In this document: positions 25,800 through 37,600 of the stretch, piece by piece | How positions within the stretch are numbered: the stretch's first letter is position 1 | How the letters are laid out: each line of letters begins with the position of its first letter | Assembly (NCBI GenBank): GCA_043228905.1 | Contig: JBHGNT010000011.1 | Span: 20,708,001 to 20,772,000, forward strand | Direction of reading: 5' to 3' | Length of the DNA stretch: 64,000 bases | Source: Azolla caroliniana | Lineage: Eukaryota; Plantae; Polypodiophyta | The notes under the pieces: generated by a model | Told to the model about the DNA's origin: nothing | What the model saw: the letters and a program-made list of their open reading frames with translations, nothing else | Database searches by the model: none | Position numbers and translations under genes: made by a program

Positions 25800-27920
25800 A
25801 ATTGGTTGCCACATAACATCATTCGAACCCTGTAGATCATCATATTGACCGTGTAGTGGCGTGAACAAACAACATCCAGAATTCAATAAGCATAGTGTTG
25901 AGATGTATGTGGACATTGTTAAAAACAGAATCATATCTCGCTTTCCATATTATCCAAAGAGCCAATGACGTAATAGTACACCAAATGACCAGATTTTTAA
26001 TTTTGAACCGTAGAATAGAAAAAGGAAACGAGATGAGGTATAAAAAACGGAAAACATGAGAAGCATGGGTATTTTTATACCTCATAACCTCTCCATGAAG
26101 GACACCCCACAATACTACACCCCAAGAGAATATTGAATGAGAGTAGTGTTGTCTCAACAATAAAAACAACTTACTCTAAAATTTCTTGATCTTGAGACAT
26201 AACCAAAACACATGCAAAATTGATTTAGTAGGTGCGCCACAATGCAATTCACAAGCATATTGTTGATGTTGTCTCAACCAATCACCAACGGGAAGAGCAT
26301 AATGAATCAACAACCAATGAAAGCTAATAACTTTTTTCGGCAACTGCATGCTCCACAACCATTTCCAAAATTTTGCAAGTTGTAATTCCTGCACATTATC
26401 TCAGAACAATGCTTCATGGCAGCAAGGCATTTATACTTTGACTGCAACAACAAATTTCTACCTAGCTTAATTGAATATTGGAAAAACTCCAAATGTTTAC
26501 CATTTCCACCAAAAAATTGCCTTTTTCCATTGATAATTAGCCGGATCCCAATCCAAATTATGAAGAGGTTTTTTATGAAAAACCCACAATGAGCAATACA
26601 ACAAGCATTCTTGAAAGGGTGGATCCAAAGACCATTTGTTTCCCGATCTTGCAACTACTCGAATAGCCAAAGTGTTGGCGGACATCCACACATTTGATGC
26701 AAAGTATACATGCCACAACCTACCATCATCATCAACATTAAAATACATAGCATAACATGTTGCATTCTAAGTTACTTTAGGTCCTAAAATAATATCATTA
26801 CACATAACAACGCCTCCTCAAACTGAATGCATCGATAAAGATTGTAACGATCGATTCATAACATGGCATCCCCATTAAAGAACATTACATGCAACTGATG
26901 CATCCAAAGCAGCCCAATTTAGCCTAGGGCGGCTACCAAGCAAAAAACCTCTCGCATAAGAGAAGAGAAAATTCCAGGTCAACGATTGTCTCAACAAGTC
27001 ATCCATTGTCAAAGGCATTTTTTGGACTAGAAATTTTTTAAGGGCAACCCAACTTGTGAGAATTCCATTAAAAAATCTATCTTCTGGTAAGGATGTTTAA
27101 AAGAAATGAAAATTCTGAATAAAAGCCCACTTTAATTGGGTTGCCAAACTCCACCAATTGTCGAACACATAGTAGATAACCTATGCATCATTAGCTGACT
27201 CCAAACAACTTGCATTGGCAGCATAGCTCTACACACAGATTTAGAGAGCAAAGCCTTACATTGTGATTCTGGATCCACCAACCTGAACCCACCATTTTGT
27301 CTCGGAGCAATCAATACTGCCCAAGCTACTTTAAGCCTTTTATTTTGACCTATTTTTCCTCCCCAAATGTAATTGCAAATAAGACGTTGCACTTGCAAAT
27401 ATATGACCTAACAAACAACGTAGTAGAAGCAATATACCAAATAGTTGCAAGCAGAACTTGATTCTAGCTACAAGTACACGACCTGCAAATGATAGGACAA
27501 CTGAATCCCAGAGCAACAATTTTCTCCTTAACTTTAAAAATAGAGGAGCAACTAACACATCCGCATTAACGTGAAGTCCCACTTGGTAGCCCAAGTAACG
27601 AATAGTGGTTCCATCAAGAACCCATTTGAATTCCTACGAAGGCATCCAAGCACAGAATGCGAAATAGAGAAATTTCTAGTTTGCCCATTAGCTAGCAAGA
27701 CCGAACGAAAAGCCTCATGATAAAACGAAGCTACAACCCTAATCCATTGGACCGGAAAGCCTAATCTAAAAAACGAACCCTCCATGAAGTTCCAATTAAC
27801 TCTGTCATATGCCTTCTGAAAATCTAATAAAAGAAGTGCAAGCTCTTCTTTATTCTTCGTTGCAATCCCTGTTAACTCCCAAAACAAAAATACATTATCA
27901 AAGATACTACGTTCCTACAT
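25800..27920 (-). mobile_element. Degenerate L1/Tx1-type LINE ORF2 fragment (RT + zf-RVT)
   Basis: Broken ORFs: LLLLDFQKAYDRVNW..M....RLGF, GYQVG, NYIWGG, VAWAVLIAPRQNGGF.L, SILHVFWLC, LWIIWKARYDSVF. Frameshifts and stops throughout; the YADD region appears deleted. Confidence 0.88.
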
Positions 27921-28916
27921 AAATAAAACATATGTCAATTCTTGAGACACTATGTTTTATCTAATAATTGAGGCACTAGGGTATGGTCCAAAATATGTTT
28001 TTGAATCTAATGCCACAAGACTATGTTATGCATATACCAAGAACAAGTCTTTCTACGGAATCTAGGAAAGATTACATATTCCTATCATCTGTAAGTACAT
28101 TCGTTATGTTCCTTATACATATCTGAGACAACAAATATAAGCCTCCCAATGCTCTAAATTCCCTAATATGGTATGAAAAACATGGAATTACCTTAATCAA
28201 CATCCCCATTCAAAAGGTAGTGCATTACAATAGCCATCGATGTTTTAGGAGTCATGGCACACATGAAAGGGCAGTTTGAGGGAAACCATATGTTGCAAAT
28301 ATGGATTAGAAGTTGTTCACTCAACATTTTGTTTTATACAAACACATTCACACACACAATCTCCCTCCCTTTGTTTATTTGTTTTCATCTGCTCTTACTT
28401 CACCATGTACTTGTTTTGGAATATTATGATTAGAGAAGGCTAGAACAAATCATAGGAACATGTACTTGACAATTTGTAAATGGAGTTATACTTCGATAAG
28501 AAGTATATTGTCAATACTTATTGGATTACTTATTGGATTTTGTGGGCTGGTCAAACTTCTTTTAAAGATTGCACACCAAGGTATAGAGAAAATATTGTCC
28601 TTTGGAAGATAGAATAGAAGCAATATGACAATTTGTTTACATTTTCCCAAAAGAGATGCCTTGCGGATTGACATGGTGAGCAAACTTTCACAATCTTAGA
28701 TGATGTGATTGGGCGTTACTTAACAAGAACTTCTCAAACAAAGAAACTTGTAGCCCTTCTAGCTACTGTGGGCAAGAGAGGTTGATTGGTCTATTGTCAA
28801 TAAAAGACAAATGAGATTCCTTGATTAAACGACGTAGTTGTGAAGAGTTGATCCAATCGAATGATTGAGTTGGGGAATCTTCACCTTAAACACATTCTTT
28901 TAGTTTTCAAATATTT

Positions 28917-29429
28917 GTATTATATCTAGTGTGAGAGTGACTTTTGATTTTTTGTTCAACCATGTTTAAAATTTGTTGCATGCCATGAACCAAGAGAAAG
29001 AGTAGAAGAATGTTAATCTTTTCAGATATAACAATGATATTTACCTTACGTGACACACATAACAAATTGTGCAATCAGTTTTTACTAAAATATTGTTGGA
29101 GAACTATATAATTTCTTATTTATATGCCATTGAGAACCACAATTAGCATGCCTTGCCATTAAATTGTTTTTGTGCCTAAACGTATTATATCTAGTGTGAG
29201 AGTGACTTTTGATTTTTTGTTTAACCATGTTTAAAATTTGTTGCATGCCATGAACCAAGAGAAAGAGTAGACGAATGTTAATCTTTTCAGATATAACAAT
29301 GATATTTACCTTACGTGACACACATAACAAATTGTGCAATCAGTTTTTACTAAAATATTGTTGGAGAACTATATAATTTCTTATTTATATGCCATTGAGA
29401 GCCACAATTAGCATGCCTTGCCATTAAAT
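28917..29429. repeat. Near-identical direct duplication (~248-bp copies, period 265 bp)
   Basis: GTATTATATCTAGTGTGAGAG...CCTTGCCATTAAAT at 28917-29164 and 29182-29429. Confidence 0.93.
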
Positions 29430-29490
29430 ATAACTAGGGCAAGCTTACATTGGCCTTTTAGCCCAATGTAAGCTTGCCCTAGTTATATTT
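29426..29490. repeat. Perfect 28-bp inverted repeat with 9-nt loop
   Basis: AAATATAACTAGGGCAAGCTTACATTGG - CCTTTTAGC - CCAATGTAAGCTTGCCCTAGTTATATTT. Confidence 0.95.
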
Positions 29491-29903
29491 TGTCCTTGAC
29501 AAAATTTAGCAATATGTTATTTTGCTTAAAGCAATCAACATATTTGTCAAAAGAATGTCTCGATGATTTTTTTGAGATATACTTCAATTAAGTAAAGGAA
29601 ATTTGCATCATGGCAAGGGTTCCACAATAATGAATGGACTCTGGTGCACCAATGCACTAGCCCTACCCCTCAAAGGGTACCAATTTGAGTTCAAAAATAT
29701 TGAACAAATTGTGTGGACAAACTAACCTTTACATCAAATGGTGTCACGACTCAGTAGGGGCATGTTAAAGGATAAACTTATTTGTCAAGTTCTTATCGAT
29801 TTCCATGAGATTACTCCTTTGCTAAATTTGAATCAATATCTGGTTGTTGACTTTCGATTGTCCACACATCCGACGAAGTCCGAGCTGGTGTAACCGACTA
29901 CAT

Positions 29904-30059
29904 TGTCGCGAAAATCCACGCCTACGGGTCAGTCGAATGGGACCACCGGGGTCTTTGACCAAGGAGGACAAATCGGGTGACTTGTGCTTGTAAGGAATCA
30001 ATCGTCGTTTAGGTTTACAATCGGGTTGTTCTTGTTGTCGAGGATGCTTGTGTGGGTTG

Positions 30060-30099
<40 letters not shown>

Positions 30100-30777
30100 A
30101 TATTGAGAAAATATTTACCGCACCACAAAGATGTCGCGAAGAATGTGACACATGTGCCAAACGTCGTGATGTGCGTGTTATACATGCGCATACAAGCACC
30201 GGCCTCTACCCGCGGGCCGCAAGTGGTGATGGAGGATCGAAAGGATCGTTCAAGTCAATGACACGGAACCGTCAGTATTCTGGACCGGAAAGACTAGCGC
30301 AAGCGAGAAAGTATCCCTTCCTTTCCTTCTTATATAGATGCCCCCATGCATATGATGCATGTGAGGGTGCATGAAATGCATGTAATGCATGATTGCCATT
30401 TGGCGCTCATGCATCACATGTGATGCATGATGACCATGTCCCTCATTCAAGCTCTCATGTATGAGCAGTAACATGTGAAAAGTACAATGAAGAAAATAAA
30501 TTTTAAAGAAAACAACCTAACCTAATGGTATATCAATTGCCTCCTATCTTGGAGGTGTAAGGTTCAAAACCTTGCACCTTGTTGTATGCCACTAGGCCCT
30601 AGACTTATTTCTTTTTATATTTTGTGCAATGAACACCTAAACACACATCACACATGCACATTAACGTGCTAACATACATGTGTAACCATCACTCCTTTCA
30701 TACGTGTGCACACTGCACCTTCTCGATTTTCCTTGTTCCACGCGATTTTCACACTATTGTCGAAAATCTTCACGACA
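29904..30777. mobile_element. 874-bp solo-LTR-like insertion splitting the old copia RT/RNaseH junction
   Basis: Termini TGTCGCGAAAAT ... ATCTTCACGACA form a 10/12 inverted match with TG..CA ends. Removing it plus a 4-bp duplication (ACAT/ACGC) restores the frame ..KNPCVVGYT.. Confidence 0.75.
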
Positions 30778-32990
30778 ACGCATGGGTTCTTGTTTAGACT
30801 GAAGAGGATGCCAAGGTCTTGTGTGCCCACTAGGTATCTGAATACATGCTTGACTACATTCCAATGCGATCGTCCTGGGTTGTGCATGAATCTGCTGACG
30901 ACTCCTACGACGTGAGCAATGTTAGGCCGTGTCGCGACCATCATGTACATACGGGAGCCTATTGTCGGTGCATACGATACCGACTTCATAACTTCCCCAT
31001 CTGGACCGAATGTAGGGCAGTCTCACCGAGACAGCTGAGGGTTAATGGGGAGCGGGGTCGAAGCAGATTTGGTTGAGTGCATGTTGAAGCACTTCAGGAT
31101 AGGTTTGATGTAGTCGGCTTGAGACAAAAACAATAGTCACTAATTACGGATCCGACTCATCTTCATTCCGAGTATGTGTCGAGTAAGACCTAGGTCCTAG
31201 CTCTTTGGCACGCCGACCGGAGAGTAGCATGTCATCCACGTATAAGATGACGAAGATGGGAAACCCATCTTGAGTTGTTTTCGTGAAGAGGTAGTGGTTC
31301 TCATCGCTCTTTGGGAAGCTGACTGACTAGATAAAATCGTCCAACTTCTTATACCACTGTCGGGGTGCCTACTTTAGGCCATAAAGACTCTTCTTGAGTT
31401 GACAGACTCAATGCTCTTGGCCAGCTGTAACGAAGCCTTTTGGTTGCTCAATGTAAATTTCCTCCTCTAGGTCACCATGGAGGAAGGTCGTATTCACATC
31501 TAACTATATACACTCCAAGTCCTCGGCTACCACTACGCAAAGTAGGAATCGAAGAGTGGTCATTTTCACCACTGGTGAAAAAATCTCGCCAAAGTCGATA
31601 CCATACTATTGTCGAAAACCCTTTGTGACTAATCTGGCCTTATACTTGGGACATGCAGAAACTGACGTTTCTTTGAGTTGATAAACCCATTTGCACGGAA
31701 GAGCATGTTGGTTGTTTGGTAGTTCGACTAAGTTCCATGTCTTATTGTGCCAAATGGAGTTAATCTCTTACTCCATCGCTAACTGCCAAGTGTCCGAGTC
31801 GGCGGATGCCAATGCTTCTTCGTAGGACGTGGGTTCACTAGCGTCTGTAAAGAAGATTCCATGAGAGTACCTCTTCGGAGGCTACAACAATCTTTTGGAT
31901 CTTCTTGGTATGACTAGGCTAGCCTGATGGGGTGTCTGGGTTGGATGGTCTGAAGCCGAAGCATTTGACTTTGGTTAATCCGTTGATTCGGTGCTAGAGG
32001 TTTCGGCTACACGTGAAGCCCACCTCGTGTTATGGGTTGGGCCGTCATGAAGGGTCGGCACTTCGGAAAAAGTTACCCTTCGGACTTCAATAGGGCTTTC
32101 GGTCGTCTTATGCATAGCCGACTCATTAAATACTACGCCTGAACTTCGGACAATTTGTCTATTCTCAAGGTCCCAGAATCGGTATCTAATCTCGCCGTCT
32201 GGCCCATAGCCGAGGAAAATACATTTCCTGAACCTCGGTTCAAGTTTGCGGCGGTTGTCTTTCTATATGAGGGCATACGCCTCGCATCCAAAAATCTTCA
32301 TAATTCGGTTTGCGGGCAGCCAATCCATAATTCCTGAGGTATTTGAGGTTCTAGAGGCCTACTCAACAACATATTGTTTATGTATATTGTCGTAAGTAGG
32401 GCCTTTGTCCAAACGCCATCTGACAATCCAAAGTGTTGGAGCATAGTAATTATTTGTTCTTGAATTGTCTGATTCATCCGTTCGGCAATTCTATTATGCT
32501 CCGAACTATATGGTGTCGTGTATTCATGTCTAATGTCACGTTGGTGACAAAATTTGACAAATTCTTCCGACTTAAACTATCCTCCATTATCAAACCGCAA
32601 GCATTTCAGCTTTCGGTCGGATTGGTTCTCCACCATGGCAAGCCATTCTTGGAAGATAGAGAACACTCGATCTTTAGTTCTAACCGGGTATGCCCACACT
32701 TTCCTGGTTGAGTCGTCAATAAAGCTAACGAAGTAGGAGCACCACCAAAGGATTGATGTGGCATCAGGTCACAAACATTTGAATGGACTAAATCGGGTGG
32801 ACTCGATTCTCTTGGTGTTGTCGTCAGGTGTGAAATAGCAGTCTATTTGCCGTATTGACAGTGCTCACAGAACTGGCGGTCTGAGAATGAGAGCTTGGCG
32901 ATGTATCTGGCTCTAGATAAGTGCGTTATGTCGGCCTTACTGAGGTGTTTGAGTCATCCGTGCCATAGTTATGGCACGGGGATGTCTACC

Positions 32991-33116
32991 AGAAACAAGT
33001 GATCCTCTCTGAGTGTGATGTACAATGGGTACAGAAACAAGTGATCCTCTCTGAGTGTGATGTACAATGGGTACAGAAACAAGTGATCCTCTCTGAGTGT
33101 GATGTACAATGGGTAC
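32991..33116. repeat. 42-bp perfect triplication inside the old copia pol (YPLYITLREDHLFL x3)
   Basis: Units start at 32991, 33033 and 33075. Confidence 0.95.
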
Positions 33117-33917
33117 AATGAATGTACTTTCGGACCTCGAGCAAGCTGCAAGTTCCCCTTGTGGAGTGTCTACCCTCCTGATGAGAAGCCTGCACGAATG
33201 TCGTCTTCGTCCAATTTTCTGACTGAGATCAAAAGACTTGAGAGCTTAGATACGTGTCGGACATTATGTAGTACTAGTGTAGAGCCACATGGGAGGTTTA
33301 GCTCTACATTGTCAATTCTGACTATGGCATAGTGCTACGAATTTCCAACTCGAATTGAGTTGGAGTGTCGGGCCAAATATTGTTGAAATTGAGATCAATG
33401 TGGGGTCATGTGATAGGATGCTCCCGAATCCAAGAGCCAAGTGCTTGACTCTTCAGTTGTAAGCAAAACTTCTTATTCGACTAAGTGTTCGATGAACAAA
33501 ATATTCGGGTTGTTCGTCAATACTTCGGATGAAGAGTCGATGTAGTTGACCTCCTCATGTTGGCCTCCCTTCTGATCAGCTCGTTGAGCTTTATCATTCT
33601 TAGCTTTGAGGGGGTGACAATCGGCCTTGATGTGTCTGGGTTTATTGCAATAGTTGCATGTTCGATTGTCTCGGGACTTGCTCCGACTTCACTGATTGCT
33701 CGGCAATCGAGAAGAACTTCTTCCTCGATTGTTCGATCAATCGATCGAACCTTGTACTACATAAGCGTCACTGGCCGAATTGATTGCAAACGATTTGCTC
33801 CGAACTACTTAAGAGATGATTGTGCTTGTGTCTTCGGAGTATTTTATTGTTGTAGTCGATGCATTGCACACAGTTGTGACGAAAGTTTCCCAAGAAAGGG
33901 GGAGACTACTCATAAGC

Positions 33918-34646
33918 TGTAAAGCTTTGACGCTATCAAAGCTTTCGCCTCTCAGCCACAACCAAGACAACACGGATCAATGCAGCAGAAAAATGAAAAC
34001 AAAGACACAGAGAGATGAATACACAGGGTATAACGTGGAAAACCCTAAACGGGAAAAACCACGGGAGTGCACGACTCCAACTACCACTATACACTGGAAT
34101 ATACAATGGCGAGGCTACAAGGCAACAACCTTGAGCTCGCTGTCCTCGCCACAGGCGGCGGTATTACACAGAGGCGTCGACCTCTTCGTTTCTCTCTCTC
34201 TCTCTCTCGGCTGCTCTCACTTCGCTCCCTCTAAGTGGAAAAACAGACAATGAGCAACAACCACATAAAACTGTTTGCCCTAAGTCATATTTATACACAT
34301 ATGACTTTCGGGCTATTTACAAATATAGCCTCAAGGGCTCTTGGCAAACATATTCACAAATATGTCTCCGCATCCGGATCTCTCTCCGGGTACATTCATC
34401 ATCCGGTTCCGTAACCGGGGTCTTCATCATCCGGCTCCGTAACCGGGGTCTTCATCATCCGGCTCCGTAACCGGGGTCTTCATCATCCGGTTCCGTAACC
34501 GGGGTCTTCATCATCCGGCTCCGTAACCGGGGTCTTCATCATCCGGCTCCGTAACCGGGGTCTTCATCATCCGGTTCCGTAACCGCAACCGGGCTTGCCG
34601 TCATTCATCTCCGGACATCCCATCCGGAGGGACCGTAATCCCAACA
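33918..34646 (-). repeat. 3' LTR of the intact copia
   Basis: Matches 38760-39488 by eye except A33954 vs G38796. Confidence 0.97.
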
Positions 34647-34658
34647 AACTCCCCCTTC
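34647..34658 (-). promoter_or_regulatory. Polypurine tract
   Basis: GAAGGGGGAG(TT) immediately before the 3' LTR, overlapping the TGA stop. Confidence 0.9.
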
Positions 34659-37600
34659 ACTTCGGCATGGGATGTCTCTCCAATCCGATCCTCTTCCGGC
34701 ATGCTTCCAGCTTGTCGGGTGTGAGCACCTTGGTCAGCATATCCGACCCGTTCTCGTCCGTGTGGACCTTCGTCAGCACGAACTCCTTGTCTTCTATCCT
34801 TTCCCGGATCCAGTGATATCTTCGCTGGATGTGCTTCGTCCGGGAGTGATAGGCCGCGTTCTTCGCAAGGTGGATTGCACTCTGACTGTCGCAGTAGAGT
34901 CGGTACTCCTCCTGCCGGATACCGAGCTCTCTAATGAAGTCCTTCATCCATATTACTTCCTTGCCGGCTTCAACAGCTGCCATGTACTCCGCCTCCGTGG
35001 TTGACAACGCAACCGTCTTCTGCAGCCTCGATTGCCACGAAACGGCTCCCCCTGCATACGTCATCACATACCCTGATGTGGACCGGCTGGTATCTGCATC
35101 AGCCGACATATCCGAATCGGTGAAGCCGTCGAGTTCGGGCTTACCGGAGCCGAATCGGAGGCACACATTCGCTGTGCCCTTCAGGTATCGGAGTATCCAC
35201 TTGACCGCGTTCCAGTGCTCTTTGCCGGGATTGCTCATGTACCGGCTCACCACTCCGACTGCGTATCCTATATCTGGTCTCGTACACACCATGGCGTACA
35301 TCAAGCTCCCGACGGCTGAGGCATACGGCACTTTCATCATATCCTCCTTTTCAGCTTTTGTCTTGGGACATTGCTTGCTGGACAGCTTGCAGTTTGCCGG
35401 GAGGGTCGATCCGACCGGTCTTGCTTCCGACATGTTGAACCGGTGAAGCACCTTCGTCACGTACTTCTCCTGTGACAGCCACAACTGCTTCTTCTTCCGG
35501 TCCCGGATGATGTGCATCCCTAGTATTTGCCTCGCCGGACCCAGGTCCTTCATTGAGAAGGTTCGGTGAAGAGCCTTCTTCAGCATCCGTATCTTGACCT
35601 GGTCCCGTCCGACGATCAACATGTCGTCCACGTACAGGAGGAGTATTAGAAAGTCTCCTCCTTCGAACTTCTTCACAAACACGCAGTGGTCGGACTGCGT
35701 TTTGAGGTACCCTTCGTCGGTCATGAAGGAGTCGAACTTCCGGTACCATTGCCGGGGAGCCTGCTTCAGTCCGTAAAGGCTCTTCTTCAACCGGCATACC
35801 AGGTGCTCCTTCCCTTTCTTCTCGAATCCTTCCGGCTGCTGCATGTAGATCTCTTCTTCGAGGTCACCGTGAAGGAATGCCGTCTTCACGTCCATCTGTT
35901 CTACCTCGAGGTCCATGCTTGCCGCAATGCTCAGCACCGTCCGGATGGAGGTCATCTTCACTACCGGGGCAAATATCTCGTCGAAGTCGACGCCCTTCTT
36001 CTGCTGGAACCCCTTCACCACGATCCTGGCTTTGTATCTCGGGGGGTTTCCGGCATCTCCCGGTTTCAGCTTGAACACCCACTTGTTACGGAGTGCCCGT
36101 TTTCCTTTCGGCAACTCCACAAGTTCATATGTGTGGTTCTCATGCAGGGAATCCATCTCGTCCTGCATGGCACTTAACCACCTGCGGCTCTGGGTGTCAT
36201 GCTTTGCTTCTTCAAAGCTCTCCGGCTCCCCCTCGTCGGTTAGCAGCACGTGCTCTGGTTCCGGAAATCTCCGGGGGGCCCTTCTCTCTCTTAGAGGATA
36301 TCTCCGTTCCGGAACTTCGGTAACCGGTTCTTCCGATTCTTCTTCATCCGAATCTATTTCGGGATCGGGGCCGGTTCCGGTATCGTTTTCATCTTCTTCG
36401 GCCGGTTCTGTTTCTTCACCGTCTTCGGCCGGATCCTCGAGTGCTAACCGGTCCCTTGCCGGTCGGGACTGCTCCTCGTAGAGTTGATCCTCACCGGTCG
36501 ACTTGGAGCTCTTCATCTTCTTCTCCGACTCCCAGTCGGCGAGTGTCTTGTCCTCCATGAAGATGATGTCTCGACTCCTGAATATCTTCTTGTCCACCGG
36601 GTCCCATACTCGGTAGCCGAACTCGTCGTCGCCGTAACCGAGGAATATGCATGGCCGGGTCTTTGGATCTAGCTTTCCTCTCCGGTCCTTTGCCACATGC
36701 ACGTATGCGAGACACCCGAACACCTTCAGATGCCGGTAGGACACTTCCTTACCGGTCCACACTTTCTGCGGCGTGTCTCCGTCCAAAGGTACTGAGGGTG
36801 ATCTGTTTATCACGTACGTCGCCGTCGACATTGCCTCAGCCCAAAACCCCTTGGGTAATTTCGCATGCGCCAGCATACTCCGGACCCTCTCCATTATGGT
36901 CCGGTTCATCCTCTCGGCCAGCCCGTTTAGTTCCGGCGTCTTCGGCACAGTAAACTCGAGCCGGATTCCCTTCGAGCGACAGTACTCCTGGAACTGCCCC
37001 CGGTATTCCCCTCCGTTATCCGCTCGTATCGCTTTCAGCTTCTTGCCGGATTCCCTTTCCACTCTCGCGTGGAGTTCTTTGAAGACGGACAATACTTGGT
37101 CCTTTGTCTTCAACGGTGCCGTCCACAGCTTCCGGCTGTGATCATCAATGAATGTCACGAAGTACTGGGCTCCGCCATGTGACTTCGTTTCTACCTGACA
37201 CACATCAGTGTGCACCAGCTCCAAGGGTGCGCTACGTCTCGTCGGTGGCCTTGAGTGGAAGGAGGTTCGGTTCTGCTTACCGGCCAGGCAATCGGTGCAC
37301 TTCTCCAGATGCACATGCTTCACTGGAATGAGGTTGTCTTCTGCAAGCCTCTTCATCCCCTTCTCACTCATGTGGCACAGTCTTTTGTGCCACAGCTCAC
37401 CGGCAGTGTCGGCTGCCACATTCAGCTCTTCCAGACATAGCCGGGAATTCATCAGGTACAGTGTGTTGACCTTCCGGGCCCGAGCCACTATCAGGCTCCC
37501 CTTGCTGAACTTCATTACGCCGTTCCGGATGCTACCCGTGTAGCCTTCATCATCTAGCCTCCCGGCCGAGATCAGGTTCAATCGGACCTCCGGAACGTGT

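Noticed and set aside
29500-29800. Expected 3' LTR and TSD of the old copia
   Set aside because: No match to 40439-40789; the element is truncated, so it cannot be LTR-dated.
33816-34253. 145-aa ORF (and its 137-aa twin at 38682-39095)
   Set aside because: Antisense read-through of the LTR with non-ATG or junction-dependent starts; the duplication only reflects the two LTRs.
34395-34585. Regular palindromic 28-bp repeats resembling a CRISPR array
   Set aside because: Head-to-tail with no spacers, inside an LTR, in a eukaryotic context.
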